A DNA stretch of 62,523 nucleotides, counting the filler, from Chiloscyllium plagiosum (taxonomy: Eukaryota), in the NCBI RefSeq assembly GCF_004010195.1. It is 5 parts of one record of this genome, joined end to end, with 100 filler letters (N's around TTAATTAATTAA, not from the genome) between each part and the next. Parts side by side here need not be neighbours in the genome. Positions count along the whole stretch, not along the records: positions 45,859 to 56,232 come from NC_057711.1; positions 56,333 to 62,523 come from NC_057711.1; 3 more parts are not named here. One strand, given 5' to 3'. A program made the position numbers and the translations under genes. The stretch's first letter is position 1. Each line of letters begins with the position of its first letter. The notes beneath the pieces were generated by a model. That model did not search any database. It was given only the letters and a program-made list of their open reading frames with translations, and had not been told where the DNA came from. Of the stretch, positions 50,829 through 62,523 are shown piece after piece.

Positions 50829-53800
50829 GTGTGGCATTGTTAGTCAAGGACAATATTATGGCAGAACGGACAGTTGATGAGCACTCGTCTACTAGGAGGA
50901 AACAGGAAAGCAGAGTTCACCTTGTTGGGAGTTTTCTATAGGCCTCCGAAAAATTCCAGAGTTGTAGAAGGAAGGATTGCAAAGATAATTCGGGATAGGA
51001 GTATGAGTTATATGGTGGTTTTTATGGTGGACTTTAACTTTCCAAATATTGACTGGAAACACTATAGTTTGAGTACTTTAGCTGGGTCAGTTGTTGTCCA
51101 ATGTGTGCAGGAGGGTTTCCTGACAAAGAATGTAGACAGAGCAACAATGGGGTGAGGCCACATTGGATTTCATACTGGGTAATTAAACAGGCCAGGTGCT
51201 AGATTTGGAGGTAGGTGGACACTTTGGTGATAGTGACTACAATTTGGTATGTTCACTTTAGTGATAGAAAGGGATAAGTATATACCACAGGCGGGAGTTA
51301 TAGCTGGGGGAAAGGCAATTATGATGTGATTAGGTAAGATTTAAGATGGGGAAGGAAACTGCAGGGAGTGGGCACAATTGAAATGTGGAGCTTGTTCAAC
51401 TGCATGCCCTTGACAAGTATGTACCTGTCAGGCAGGGAGGAAGTGGTCGAGCAAGGGAGCTGTGGTTTACTGAAGATGTTAAATCCCTTGTCAAGAGGAA
51501 GAAGGAGGCTTATGTAAAGTTGAGATCTGAAGGCTCAGTTAGGGTGCTTGAGAGTTACAAGTTTGCCAAGAAGGGCCTAAAGAAAGAGCTAAGAGGAGCC
51601 AGGAGGGGACATGAAAAGTCTTTAGTGGGTAGGATCAAATAGGCTTAATGGTTGGCATTGCTGCCTCACAGCGCCAGGGTCCCAGGTTCAATTCCAGCCT
51701 CGAGCAACTACCTGTGTGGAGTTTGCACAGTCTCCCCATACCTGCGAGAGGTTTCCTCTGGGTGCTCCGGATTCCTCCCACAGTCCAAAGATGTGCAGAG
51801 CAGGTAAATTGGCAATGCTAAAATGCCCATAGTATTAGGTGCATTAGTTAGAGGGAAATGAGTCTGGGTGGGTTCCTCTTCGGAGAGTCGGTGTGGACTT
51901 GTTGGGCTGAAGGGCCTGTTTCCACACTGTAGGGAATCTAAAAAAACTCTGAAGCTTTCTCTAGGTATGTCAGGAATAAAAGAATGACTAGAGTAAGATT
52001 AGGGACAGTAATGGGAAGTTGCGTGTGGAATCTAAGAAGATAGGAGAGGCACTAAATGAATATTTTTCGTCAGTATTCACACTGGAAAAGTACAATGTTG
52101 TCGAGGAGAATACTGAGATACAAGCTATTAGACTAGACAGGATTGAGCTTCATAAGGAGGAGGAGTTAGCAATTCTGGAAAGTGTGAAAATAGATAAGTC
52201 CCCTGGGCTGGATGTCAGAAGCTAGGGAGGAGATTTCCGAGCCTTTGGCTTTGATCTTTATGTCATCACTGCTGACAGGAATAGTGACAGAAGACTAGAG
52301 GATAGTAAATGTTGTCTCCTTGTTCAAGACGGGGAGTAGTGACAACCCTGGTAATTATAGATCAGTGAGCCTTACTTTGGTTTTGGGTAAACTGTTGGGA
52401 AGGATAATAAGAGATAGTATTTATGATCATTTAGAAAGGAATAATTTAATTACGGATATTCAAACGGTTTTGTGAAGGGTAAATTGTGCCACATAAACCT
52501 TATTGAGTTCTCTGAGATGGTGACCAAATAGGTGGATGAGGATAAAGTGGCTGATGTGGTGTATATGGATTTCAGTAAGACACTTGATAAGATTCCCCAA
52601 TGGTAGGCTACTGCACAAAATACAGAGGCATGGGATTGAGGGTGCTTTAGTGTTTTGGATCAGAAATTGGCTAGCTGAAAGTGGTTGATGGGAAATGTTC
52701 ATCCTGGAGTTCAGTTACTCGCGGTGTACCGCAAGGATCTGTTTTGGGTCCACTGCTGTTTGTTATTTTTATAAATGTCCTGGATGAGGGCACAGAAGAA
52801 TGAGTTAGTAAATTTGCGGGTGACACTAAGGTCGGTGGAGTTGTGGGCAGTGCCAAAGGATGTTGCAGGTTACAGGGGACATAGATAAGCTGCAGAGCTG
52901 GACTGAGAGGTGTCAAATGGAGTTAAATACTGAAAAGCGTGAGGTGATTCACTTTGGAAGTAGTAACAGGAATATAGAGTACAGGCTAACAGTAAGGTTC
53001 TTGATTGTCTGGATGAGTGGAGAGATCTTGGTGTCCATGTGCATAGATTCCTGGAAGTTGCCTGGATGGTTGTTAAGAAGGCATACGATGTGTTAGCTTT
53101 TATTGGTAAAAGGATTTAGTTTCAGAGCCATGAGGTCATGTTGCAACTGTACAAAACTTGGAGTATTGAGGGTGCTTTAGTGTTTTGGATCAGAAATTGG
53201 CTAGCTGAAAGTGGTTGATGGGAAATGTTCATCCTGGAGTTCAGTTACTGGTTCTGGTCAGCACAGTTCTGGTCACCACATGATAGGAAGGATGTGGAAG
53301 CATTTGAAAGGGTGCAGAGGTGAGTTGCCAGGATGTTGCCTGGTAAGGAAGGAAGGTCTTATTAGGAAAGGCTGAAGGTTTTGAGGCTCTTCGTTACAGA
53401 GAAGAAGGTTGGGAGGTGACTTAACAGAGGCATATAAGATGATTGAAGGGTGGACAGTGAGATCATTTTTCGTCGGATGATGATGGCTAATGCGAGGAGA
53501 CATAGCTTTAAATTGAGGGATGATACATATAGAAAAGATGTCAAAGGTAGGTTTTTCACTCAGAGAGTAGTAAGGGCATGGAATGCCCTGCCTGCAACAG
53601 TTGTAGACTCACCAACTTTACGGGCATTTAAATGGTCATTGGATAAACATATGATTAGATTACTTACAGTGTGGAAACAAGCTCTTCGGCCTAACAAGTC
53701 CACACCACCCTCCGAAGAGCAACCCACCCAGACCCAATCCCCTACATTTACCCCTTCATCTAACACTACGGGCAATTTAGCATGGCCAATTCACCTGACC

Positions 53801-54050
53801 TGCACATCTTTAGACGGTGGGAGGAAACCGGAGCACCCGGAGAAAACCCACGCAGACACGGGGAGAACGTGCAAACTCCACACAGACAGTTGCCCGAGAT
53901 GGGAATTGAACCCAGGTCTCTAGCATTGTGAGGCAGCAGTGCTAACCACTGTGCCACCGTACCACCCAAAGATGAGCTTCAGATTGGTTTCACAGGTCGG
54001 TGCCACAATGATGGCTGAAGGGCCTGTACTGTGCTGTAATGTTCTCTGTT
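50710..54050 (+). mobile_element. Near-complete decayed CR1/HER1 ORF2 (APE + RT + 3' end), interrupted by V-SINEs at ~51643-51940 (+) and ~53653-53965 (-)
   Basis: LGVFYRPP..DFNFPNIDW, ALNEYFSSVFT..DKSPG, RHSFKLR..FFTQRVVRAWNALP. Confidence 0.9.
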
Positions 54051-54160
54051 AAGTTGTTTTCATGATACCGATTCAAGAGATTAATGGCTGCCCAGAGTAC
54101 GTAATGGGGTAACTACCTGATTCAACAATGAAGAGTTCCAGAGCAAAACAGGACAATACC

Positions 54161-54655
54161 GTGGCTCAATGGGAAGCACTGCTGCCTCACAGCATCAGGG
54201 ACCCAGATTCAATTCCAGCCTCGGGCGACTGTCTGTGTGGAGTTTGCACACATTCCCTGTGACTGCATGGATTTCCTCCGGGTGCTCCACTTTCTTCCCA
54301 CAATGCAAGGATGTGCAGGTTAGGTGAATTGGCCATGTTAAATTGCCTGTAGAATTCAGGTGGCTCAATGGGAAGCACTGCTGCCTCACAGCATCAGGGA
54401 CCCAGATTCAATTCCAGCCTCGGGTGACTGTCTGTGTGGAGTTTGCACACATTCCCTGTGACTGCATGGATTTCCTCCGGGTGCTCCAGTTTCTTCCCAC
54501 AATGCAAGGATGTGCAGGTTAGGTGAACTGGCCATGTTAAATTGCCCGTAGAATTCAGGTGTGTGTAAGTCAAGTGCATTAGGGGAAAATGTGGTGTAAC
54601 AGGGTAGGGGGAATGGGTCTGGGGGGGTTACAGTTTGGAACGTCAGTGTGAACTT
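54161..54655 (+). mobile_element. V-SINE with a 199-bp tandem duplication of head and V-domain
   Basis: GTGGCTCAATGGGAAGCACTGCTGCC...GTAGAATTCAGG starts at 54161 and at 54360. Confidence 0.9.
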
Positions 54656-56232
54656 AGAGTCATAGAGATGTACAGCATGGATACAAACCCTTCGGTCGAA
54701 CCCATCCATGCCAACCAGATATCTCAACCCAATCTAGTCCCACCTGCCAGCACCCGGCCAATATCCCTCCAAACCCTTCCTATTCATATACCATCCAAAT
54801 GCCTTTAAATGTTGCAATTGTACCAGCCTCCACCACATCCTCTGGCAGCTCATTCCATACACGTACCACCCTCTGCGTGAAAAGGTTGCCCCTTAGGTCT
54901 CTTTTATATCTTTCCAGAATTGCACGCAATATTCCAACAGTGGCCTAACCAATGTCCTGTACAGTTGCAACATGACCTCCCAACTCCTGTACTCAATATT
55001 CTGACCAATAAAGGAAAGCATACCAAGTGCCTTCTTCACTATCCTATCTTCCTGCAACTCCACTTTCAAGGAGCTATGAACCTGCATTCCGAGGTCTCTT
55101 TATTCAGCAACATTCCCTAGGACCTTACCAGTATGGAAAAACAACCCTCCACCACCACCCTCTGTCTTGTACCTTTGAGCCAGTTCTGTATCCAAATGGC
55201 TAGTTCTCCATGTACCCCATGAGATCAAACCTTGCTAATCAGTCTCCCAAGGAGAACTTTGTCGAACGCCTTACTGAGGTCCATATAGATCACATCTACT
55301 GCTCTGCCCTCATCAATCTTCTTCATGCACAAAGCCATGTTGACTATCCCGAATCAGTCCTTGCCTTTCTAAATACATGTCCCTCAGGATTCCCTCCATC
55401 AACTTGCCCACCACCAACGTCAGGCTCACCGGTCTATACATCCCTGGGGGCTTCTATTTACTGCCCTTCTGAAACAGTGGCACCATGTTTGCCACCCTCC
55501 AGTCTTCCGGCACCTCACCTGTGACTATTGATGATACAAATATCTCAGCAAGAGGCCCAGCAATCTCTAGCTTCCCACAGAATTCTCGGGTATACCTGAT
55601 CAGGTCCTGGGGATTTATCCACCGTTAACCGTTTCAAGACATGCAGCACTTTCTCCTCTGTAATCTTGGCATTTTGCAAGATGTCACCATCTATTTCCCT
55701 CCAGTCTATATCTTCCATATCCTTTTCCCCTGTAAATACTGATGCAAAATATTCATTTAGTATCTCCCCCATTTTCTGTGGCTCCACACAAAGGCCGCCT
55801 TGCTGATCTTTGAGGGTGGGGGGTACCTGCTAGAGATGGTGCAAAACTTGACCTACACTTGGGAAATAAGGCAGGGCAGGTGACTGAGGTGTCAGTTGAG
55901 GTGCACTTTGGGGCCAGCGACCATAATTCTATTCGTTTTATAATAGTGATGGAAAAGGATAGACCATATCTAAAAGTTGAAGTTCTAAATTGGAGAAAGG
56001 CCAATTTTGACGGTATTAGGCAAGAACTTTCAAAAGCTGATTGGAGGCAGATGTTCGCAGGTAAAGGGATGGCTGGAAAATGGGAAGCCTTCAGAAATGA
56101 GATAACAAGAATCCAGAGGAAGTATATTCATGTCAGAGTGAAAGGGAAGGCTAGTAGGTATAGGGAATGCTGGATGACTAAAGAAAGTGAGGGTTTGGTT
56201 AAGAAAAAGAAGGAAGCATATGTCAGGTACAG
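54656..56232. mobile_element. Rearranged CR1 (minus-strand RT/3' end to ~55815, then a plus-strand APE fragment)
   Basis: RPLLEYCVQFW and ILNEYFASVFT..DKSPGPD (minus); HFGASDHNSI..LNWRKANF (plus). Confidence 0.85.
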
Positions 56233-56332
56233 NNNNNNNNNNNNNNNNNNNNNNNNNNNNNNNNNNNNNNNNNNNNTTAATTAATTAANNNNNNNNNNNN
56301 NNNNNNNNNNNNNNNNNNNNNNNNNNNNNNNN
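56233..56332. other. Artificial contig linker
   Basis: 44N-TTAATTAATTAA-44N. Confidence 0.98.
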
Positions 56333-58010
56333 TCCTTCCTCATAGCTCCATAGTTCCCTTTATTCAACAGAAGTATTGTCACTTCCGATTGTACCCTCTC
56401 CCTCTCAAATTGCAGATTGAAGCTTATTGTATTATGGTCACTACTTCCCAATGGCTCCTTCACTTCGAGGTCCGTGACCAATTCTGGTTCGTTGCACAAT
56501 ACCAGATCCAGAATTGCCTTCTCCCTGATCGGCTCCAGTACCAGCTGTTCTAAAAATCCATCTCTGAGGCACTCCACAAAGTCTCTTTCTTGAGGTCCAA
56601 TACCATCCTGATTCTCCCAGTCTACCAGCATGTTGAAATCCCCCATAACAACTGTGGTAACACCTTTGCGACAGGTCAATTTCAGCTCCTGATTCAACTT
56701 ACATCCGACATCCAGACTACTATTTGGGAGCCGGTAGATAATTCCCAAGAAGGTCTTTTACCCTTAGAATTTCTCAGTTCTATCCACACTGACTCTACAT
56801 CCCTTGATTCTCGGTCCCCCCGCGCAGGGGTCTGAATATCATCCCTTACCAACATGGCCACCCCACCCCCTCTGCCCGTCAGTCTGTCCTTACGATAGCA
56901 CATGTAGCCTTGAATATTCATTTCCCAGGCCCTGTCCACTTGAAGCCACGTCACAGTTATCGGGGAGATCTTGTCTCACAAATCTGAGTTTTTTTGAGGA
57001 AGTTACGAAAATGATTAATGAGTGTAAAGCAGAGAATATTGTCTACATGGACAGTACCAAAGTATCTGACAAAGTCCCTCATGTAGACTCACCCAGAGGA
57101 TTAAGTCAAATAAGATCCATGATGAGTTTATACATTGGAAACAAAATTTGCTTAATCACAGAGGACCCAGGGTATTTGTGGAGGAATGTTTTTCTGGCTG
57201 GAGGTCTATGACCAATCGTGTTCCACAAGGATCAGTGCTGGAACCACTGTTGTTTACAATAATTTAGATGAAAATGTTGGTGGCCTGATTAGTATGTTTG
57301 CTGCAGTTGTGGATGGTGAGCAAGGTTATCAAGGATTAGGTTAGATTAGATTAGAGTCCCTACTGTGTGGAAACAGGCCCTTCGGCCCAACAAGTCCACA
57401 CCGACCCTCCAAAGAGCAACCCACCCAGACCCATTGCCCTACATTTACCCCTGCACCTAACATTACAGGCAATTTAGCATGGCCAATTCACCTTGCCTGC
57501 AGATCTTTGGGTTGTGGGAGGAAACCAGAGTACCCAGAGGAAACCCACGCAGATACGGGGAGAATGTGTAAACTCCACACAGACAGTTGCCCAAGGTGGG
57601 AATTGAACCCAGAACTCTGGTGCTGTGAGGCAGCAGTGCTAACCACTGAGCCACCTTTTTTTTAATCTTTTCACAAGTTAGGTGGAGAAATGGCAGGTGG
57701 AGTCTAATCTGATAAGTGTGAGGTGATACATTTTGGGAGGTCAAAATGCAAGATGGAAGTGTACTGTAAATCTTAGGACCCTTAAGAGCACTGATGCACA
57801 AAGAGATCTTCAGGTGCAAGTCAATAGCAAGTTCGAACTAAAGTTTATAAGGTGGTAAAAGAAGAGTATGGTATGCCTGCTTTCATCAGTCAGGACATTG
57901 AGTATAAACATTGGCAAGTCATGTTACCACTGTACTCACTGCAGTTAGAGCATATTTGGAGTATTTTGTGGAGTTCTGATCTCTACATTATAGGAAGGAT
58001 GTGGCAACAT
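56333..58010. mobile_element. CR1 APE fragment (minus, to ~56960) and RT fragment (plus), with a V-SINE at ~57337-57655 (-)
   Basis: VVMGDFN..ILDLVL..LGSSDHN (minus); GRSCLTNLSFFEE (plus). Confidence 0.85.
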
Positions 58011-58614
58011 AAACATTAAACAAGTTTTAAAAGTCTCCTTAAAAAAATAACTATTTCAAATATCATACAAGGTTTTTCTTTTAAACAAACTTGAAAACCT
58101 TAACTTGAAAAACAGAACCTGTTTCTATCAATCAAAAACAAAATCAGTGTTTCATTATGTTTTGTAGACTTATACTTATCTAGTGTAAGCTGAACTCAGT
58201 TAGGAGTGCTCAAAGTAGGTACTCGATGACATAAGGTGGTGACCTGGCTCTTCCATTTTGAAAAATACATATAATCTAGTTTGAAAATTTCTGATTGCTT
58301 TTTTTCCAACATTGGATCTTCACATTCCATAATATCCTCCCTTCTTACTTAAAGCGTGTGATAAAATTTGTTTTAAATTTGACATATTCATATAAGGTCA
58401 TAAATATATCACTGCATCTGCATTAGTATATTAATTTCAAGAACAATATTCACATCAGCTCTACCTGCGATAACCTTGTTTATTTTTAAAACTGCTTACC
58501 TTCTAGGGCAGCATCATCACCTTTAAACACTTCTTTTCTTGTTCTATGTAAAGCCTTGAAAAGCTGCAATACCTTCCAAAGTGAAAAGATGATACTCAAA
58601 CCAAATGTTTACAT

Positions 58615-59780
58615 ATCGAACATACAACATGTCAGCGCAGTACAGGCCCTTTGGATCTCAATGTTGTGCCGACCTGTGGAATTAAACTCAAGCCCATCTA
58701 ACCAACATGATTCCATTTCCATCCATATGTTTAGCCAATGACCATTTAAATGCCTTTAAAGTTGGCGCGTCTACTACCGTTGCAGGTAGGGCGTTCCATG
58801 CCCCAACTACTCTCCAAGTAAAGAAACTACCTCTGACATCTGTCCTATATCTATCACTATGTTCCCTTATGCTGTACATCATCACCATCTGAGGAAAAAG
58901 GCTCACACTATCCACCCTTTCTAACCCTCTGATTATCTTATACATCTCAATTAAGTCACCTCTCAACCTTCTTCTCTCTAATGAAAACAGCTTCAAGTCC
59001 CTTATCCTTTCCTCATAAAGCCTCCCTGCCATGCCAGGCAACATCCTACTAAATCTCCTCTGAACCCTTTCCAATCATTCCACATCCTTCCAAGAATGTG
59101 GTGACCAGAATTGTATGCAATACTCCAAATATGGCCACACCAGAGTTTTGTACAGCTGTAACATGACCTTGTGGCTCCGAAACTCAATGCATCTACCATT
59201 AAAAACTACCACACTGTATGCCTTCTTGTGAGCAGCACGGTGGCACAGTGGTTAGCACTGCTGCCTCACAGCGCCAGAGACCCAGGTTCAATTCCCGTCT
59301 CAGGCGGCTATCTCTGTGGAGTTTGCACATACTCCCCGTGTCGGTGTGGGTTTCCTCCGGGTGCTCCGGTTTCTTCCCACAGTCCAAAAATGTGCAGGTT
59401 AGGTGAATTGGCCATGCTAAATTGCCCGCAGAGTCAGGTGAAGGTGAAGGGGAAGGGTCTGGGTAGGTTGCTGTTCGGAGGGTCGGTGTGGATTTGTTGG
59501 GCCGAAGAGCCTGTTTCCACACTATAAGTAATCTAATCTAAACAATCCTATCAAGCTGGGCGGCAACTTTCATGGACATTGAGATCTCTCTGCTCATCTA
59601 CACTGGCAAGAATCTTACCATTAGCCTAGTACTCTTTATTTCTGTTGCGTCTTCCAAAGTGAACCACCGTACATTTTTCCAAATAAAACTCCATTTGTCA
59701 CCTCTCAGCTCCGCTCTGCAGCTTACCTATGTCTCTCTGTAATATCCTTCATCACTATCCACAACTCCACCAATCTTGGT
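58615..59780 (-). mobile_element. CR1 3' part with a V-SINE at ~59232-59541 (+)
   Basis: ERVQRRFSRMLPG..LFSLERRRLRGDLIEMYKII. Confidence 0.9.
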
Positions 59781-62523
59781 CCTTGGGGGAATTTTTACTA
59801 TTGCTGTGTGGAGGCTTTAAACTAATGTGGCAGGGGGCTGGGAACCAGAAGAGAAAACAAGTAGGCAGCGAGGTAGAGACTGGAGACTGTAAGAATTAAG
59901 AAGGTAGCATTAATAAAGGGAAGAGTAGGCAGAGAGCAGATGAGTGCACAAAAACTGGTGACCTGAAATGCATCTACTTTAATGCAAGGAGTATAGTGTG
60001 TCAGGCAGATGAACTTAGGGCTTGGATTGGTGCCAGAGAGTATGGCGTTATTGCAATCACAGACTTGAAGGAAGGGCATGATGATTGGCAACTAAATGTT
60101 CCAGGATATAGATGCTTCAGACAGGACAGTGGTGGGGGGGGCGGGTGTGGAGTTGCATTGCTGGTCAGGGACGATATTATGGCTGTGCTAAAGGACTCAC
60201 TATGAAGGTCTTGGGTAGTGAGGCATTATGGGTGGAGCTGAGAAATAAGAAGCGTGCAGTTACAGTGAGTGTGAGGTAGAAGAACAAATAGGTAAACAGA
60301 CTATGGAAAGATGTAGAAGCAATAGGGTAGTCGTGAGGGGAGATTTTAATTTCCCCAACATTGACTGGGACACACTTAGTGTCAGAGGTCTGGATGGGGT
60401 AGAATTTGTAAGAAGTGTCCAGGAGAGTTTTCTAGAGCAGTATGTCAATAGTCCGATGAGGGAAGAGGCCATATTGGACCTGGTACTGGGGCACGAGCCA
60501 AGACAGGTGGTAGACATTGCGATGGGGGATTTCTTTGGGAACAGTGACCACAATTCTATAAGTTTTAGAATACTCGTAGATAATGAGGAGAATGGTCGTA
60601 AGGGAAGAGTACTAAACTGGGCAAAGGCCAATTATATCAAAATTAGGCAGGAGCTTGGAAATGTGGATTGGACACAGCTATTTGAAGGGACGTCCACATT
60701 TGAGATGTGGGAGGCTTTCAAAGATAGGTTAAAGATAGTGCAGGATAGGCATGTCCCGTTGAAGGCAAAGGATAGGAAGGGCAAGATTCGTGAACCGTGG
60801 ATGACAGGAGAAATTGCTTGACTAGCGAAGAAGAAAAGGGAAGCGTACACAAGGTCTAGGCAGCTAAGAACAGAACAGACCCTGGAGGAATATCGGAAGA
60901 GTAGGACAAGTCTTAAAGAAGGAATCAAGCGGGCTAAAAGGGGTCATGAAATAGCTTTAGCGTGCAGAATTAAGGAGAATCCCAAAGCATTTTATTCTAA
61001 TATAAGCAGCAAGCGGGTAACTGAGAAAGGATTGGTCCAGTAAAGGATAACGAAGGAAGGCTGTATGTCGAACCTGAGAGAATGAGTGAGATTCTGAATG
61101 ATTACTTTGCATCAGTGTTCACTGAGGAGAGGAACATGATGAATGTTGAAATTAGAGATAGAAGTTTGATTAGTCTGGATCACGTTGACATAAGTAGGGA
61201 AGATGTGTTGGGTAGTCTAGAGGTTATTAAGATGGACAAATCCCCAGGATGGCACAGTGGTTAGCACTGCTGCATTCACAGCGCCAGAGACCCAGGTTCA
61301 GTTCCCGCCTCAGGCGACTCTGTGTGTGGAGTTTGCACATTCTCCCAGTGTCTGCATGGGTTTCTCCCGGGTGCTCCAGATTCCTCTCACAATCCAAAAA
61401 TGTGCAGGTTAGGTGAATTGGCCATGCTAAATTGCCCGTAGTGTTAGGTGAAGGGGTAAATGTAGGGGAATGGGTCTGAGTGGGTTGCGCTTCGGCGGGT
61501 CGGTGTGGACTTGTTGGGCTGAAGGGCCTGTTTCCACACTGTAAGTAATCTAATCTAATCTAGGACCAGATGGGATCTATCCCAGGTTGCTGAGGGACGT
61601 GAGAGAGGAAATAGCTGGGGCCTTGACAGATATCTTTGTGGCATCCTTAAATACAAGTGAGGTGCCAGAGAACTGGAGGGTTGCTCATGTTGTCCCCCTG
61701 TACAAGAAGGGTAGTAGGGATATTCTGGTTAACTACAGACCAGTGAGCCTGACGTCAGTGGTGGGAAAGTTGCTGGAGAAGGTACTGATGGATAGGATCT
61801 ATTTATATTTAGAAAAGAATGGGCTTATCAGAGATAGGCAACATGGTTTTGTGCGGGGGAGATCATGCCTTACCAACTTAATAGAGTTCTTCGAGGAAGT
61901 GACCAAGTTGATAGATGAAGGAAGGGCTGTTGATGTCATATACATGGACATTTAAAGCATTTAATAAGGTTCCCCATGGTAGACCAATGGAGAAAGTGAA
62001 GTCATATGGTGTGCAGGGTGTTCTAGCTAAGTGGATAAAGGACTGGTTGAGCAACAGGAGACAGAGTGGTAGTTGAAGGAAGTTTCTTAAAATGGAGAAA
62101 GGTGACCAGTGGTGTTCCACAGGGGTCAGTGTTGGGGCCACTGTTGTTTGTAATATACGTAAAAGATCTGGAAGAGGGCACTGTTGATACGATCAACAAG
62201 TTTGCAGATGACATGAAGATTGGTGGAGTAGCAGAAAGATAAGGGACTGTCAGAGAATACAGGAAGATATAGACAGACTGGAGAAGTGGCAGATGGTTTT
62301 CAATCTAGACAAATGTGAGGTGATGCATTAAGGCAAGACTAATTCTAGAGCAAATTATACAATGAACAGAAGAGCCTTGGGAAAAGTTGATGGGCAGAGA
62401 GATCTGGGAGTGCAGGTCCATTGTATCCTGAAGTTTGCTGTACAGGTGGATAGTGTGGTCAAGGCGGCATATAGCATGCTTGCCTTCATTGGACGGGTAT
62501 TGAGTATAAGAGCTGGCAAGTCA
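59780..62523 (+). mobile_element. CR1/HER1 ORF2 (APE + RT), decayed, with a V-SINE at ~61250-61561; runs off the window end
   Basis: GDFNFPNIDW..ILDLVLG..NSDHN, WRVAHVVPLYKKG..NYRPVSLTS..QHGFVRGRSCLTNL. Confidence 0.92.

Noticed and set aside
59232..59305. tRNA genes at SINE heads
   Set aside because: A/B boxes continue directly into the V-domain and tail, with no complete cloverleaf; these are SINE heads.
1..62523. An intact autonomous transposon or viral ORF
   Set aside because: The longest ORF is 197 aa, and all RT, EN and IN regions are broken by stops, frameshifts or insertions.

Overview
This is vertebrate genomic DNA, almost certainly from an elasmobranch (shark), judged by abundant HE1/V-SINE and HER1/CR1-type repeats. 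It is five contigs joined by artificial 100-bp linkers (44 N + TTAATTAATTAA + 44 N), apparently sorted by decreasing size, so adjacency across linkers is not biological. Host-gene content is small. There is one 315-bp coding exon of ROR2 (frizzled/CRD domain, minus strand, 37090-37404). A CpG-rich promoter and non-coding first exon (about 30250-32130, minus strand) is most likely NFIL3/E4BP4 and carries a cluster of D-box/C/EBP, E-box, RORE-like, CCAAT and GC-box motifs. The rest is mostly decayed, nested transposable elements: an L1 5' end, a Gmr1-type Gypsy element (integrase before RT) and a related solo LTR, Rex1/Babar, Tx1, many CR1 fragments, tRNA-derived SINEs, MITEs and Penelope-like elements. 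The strongest unannotated signal is about 10 minimal type-I hammerhead ribozyme motifs in at least three Penelope-like repeat families. Their palindromic helix III suggests dimeric cleavage, and several element ends and fold-backs map to the ribozyme itself. Repeat boundaries were read by eye and are approximate unless a TSD is quoted.
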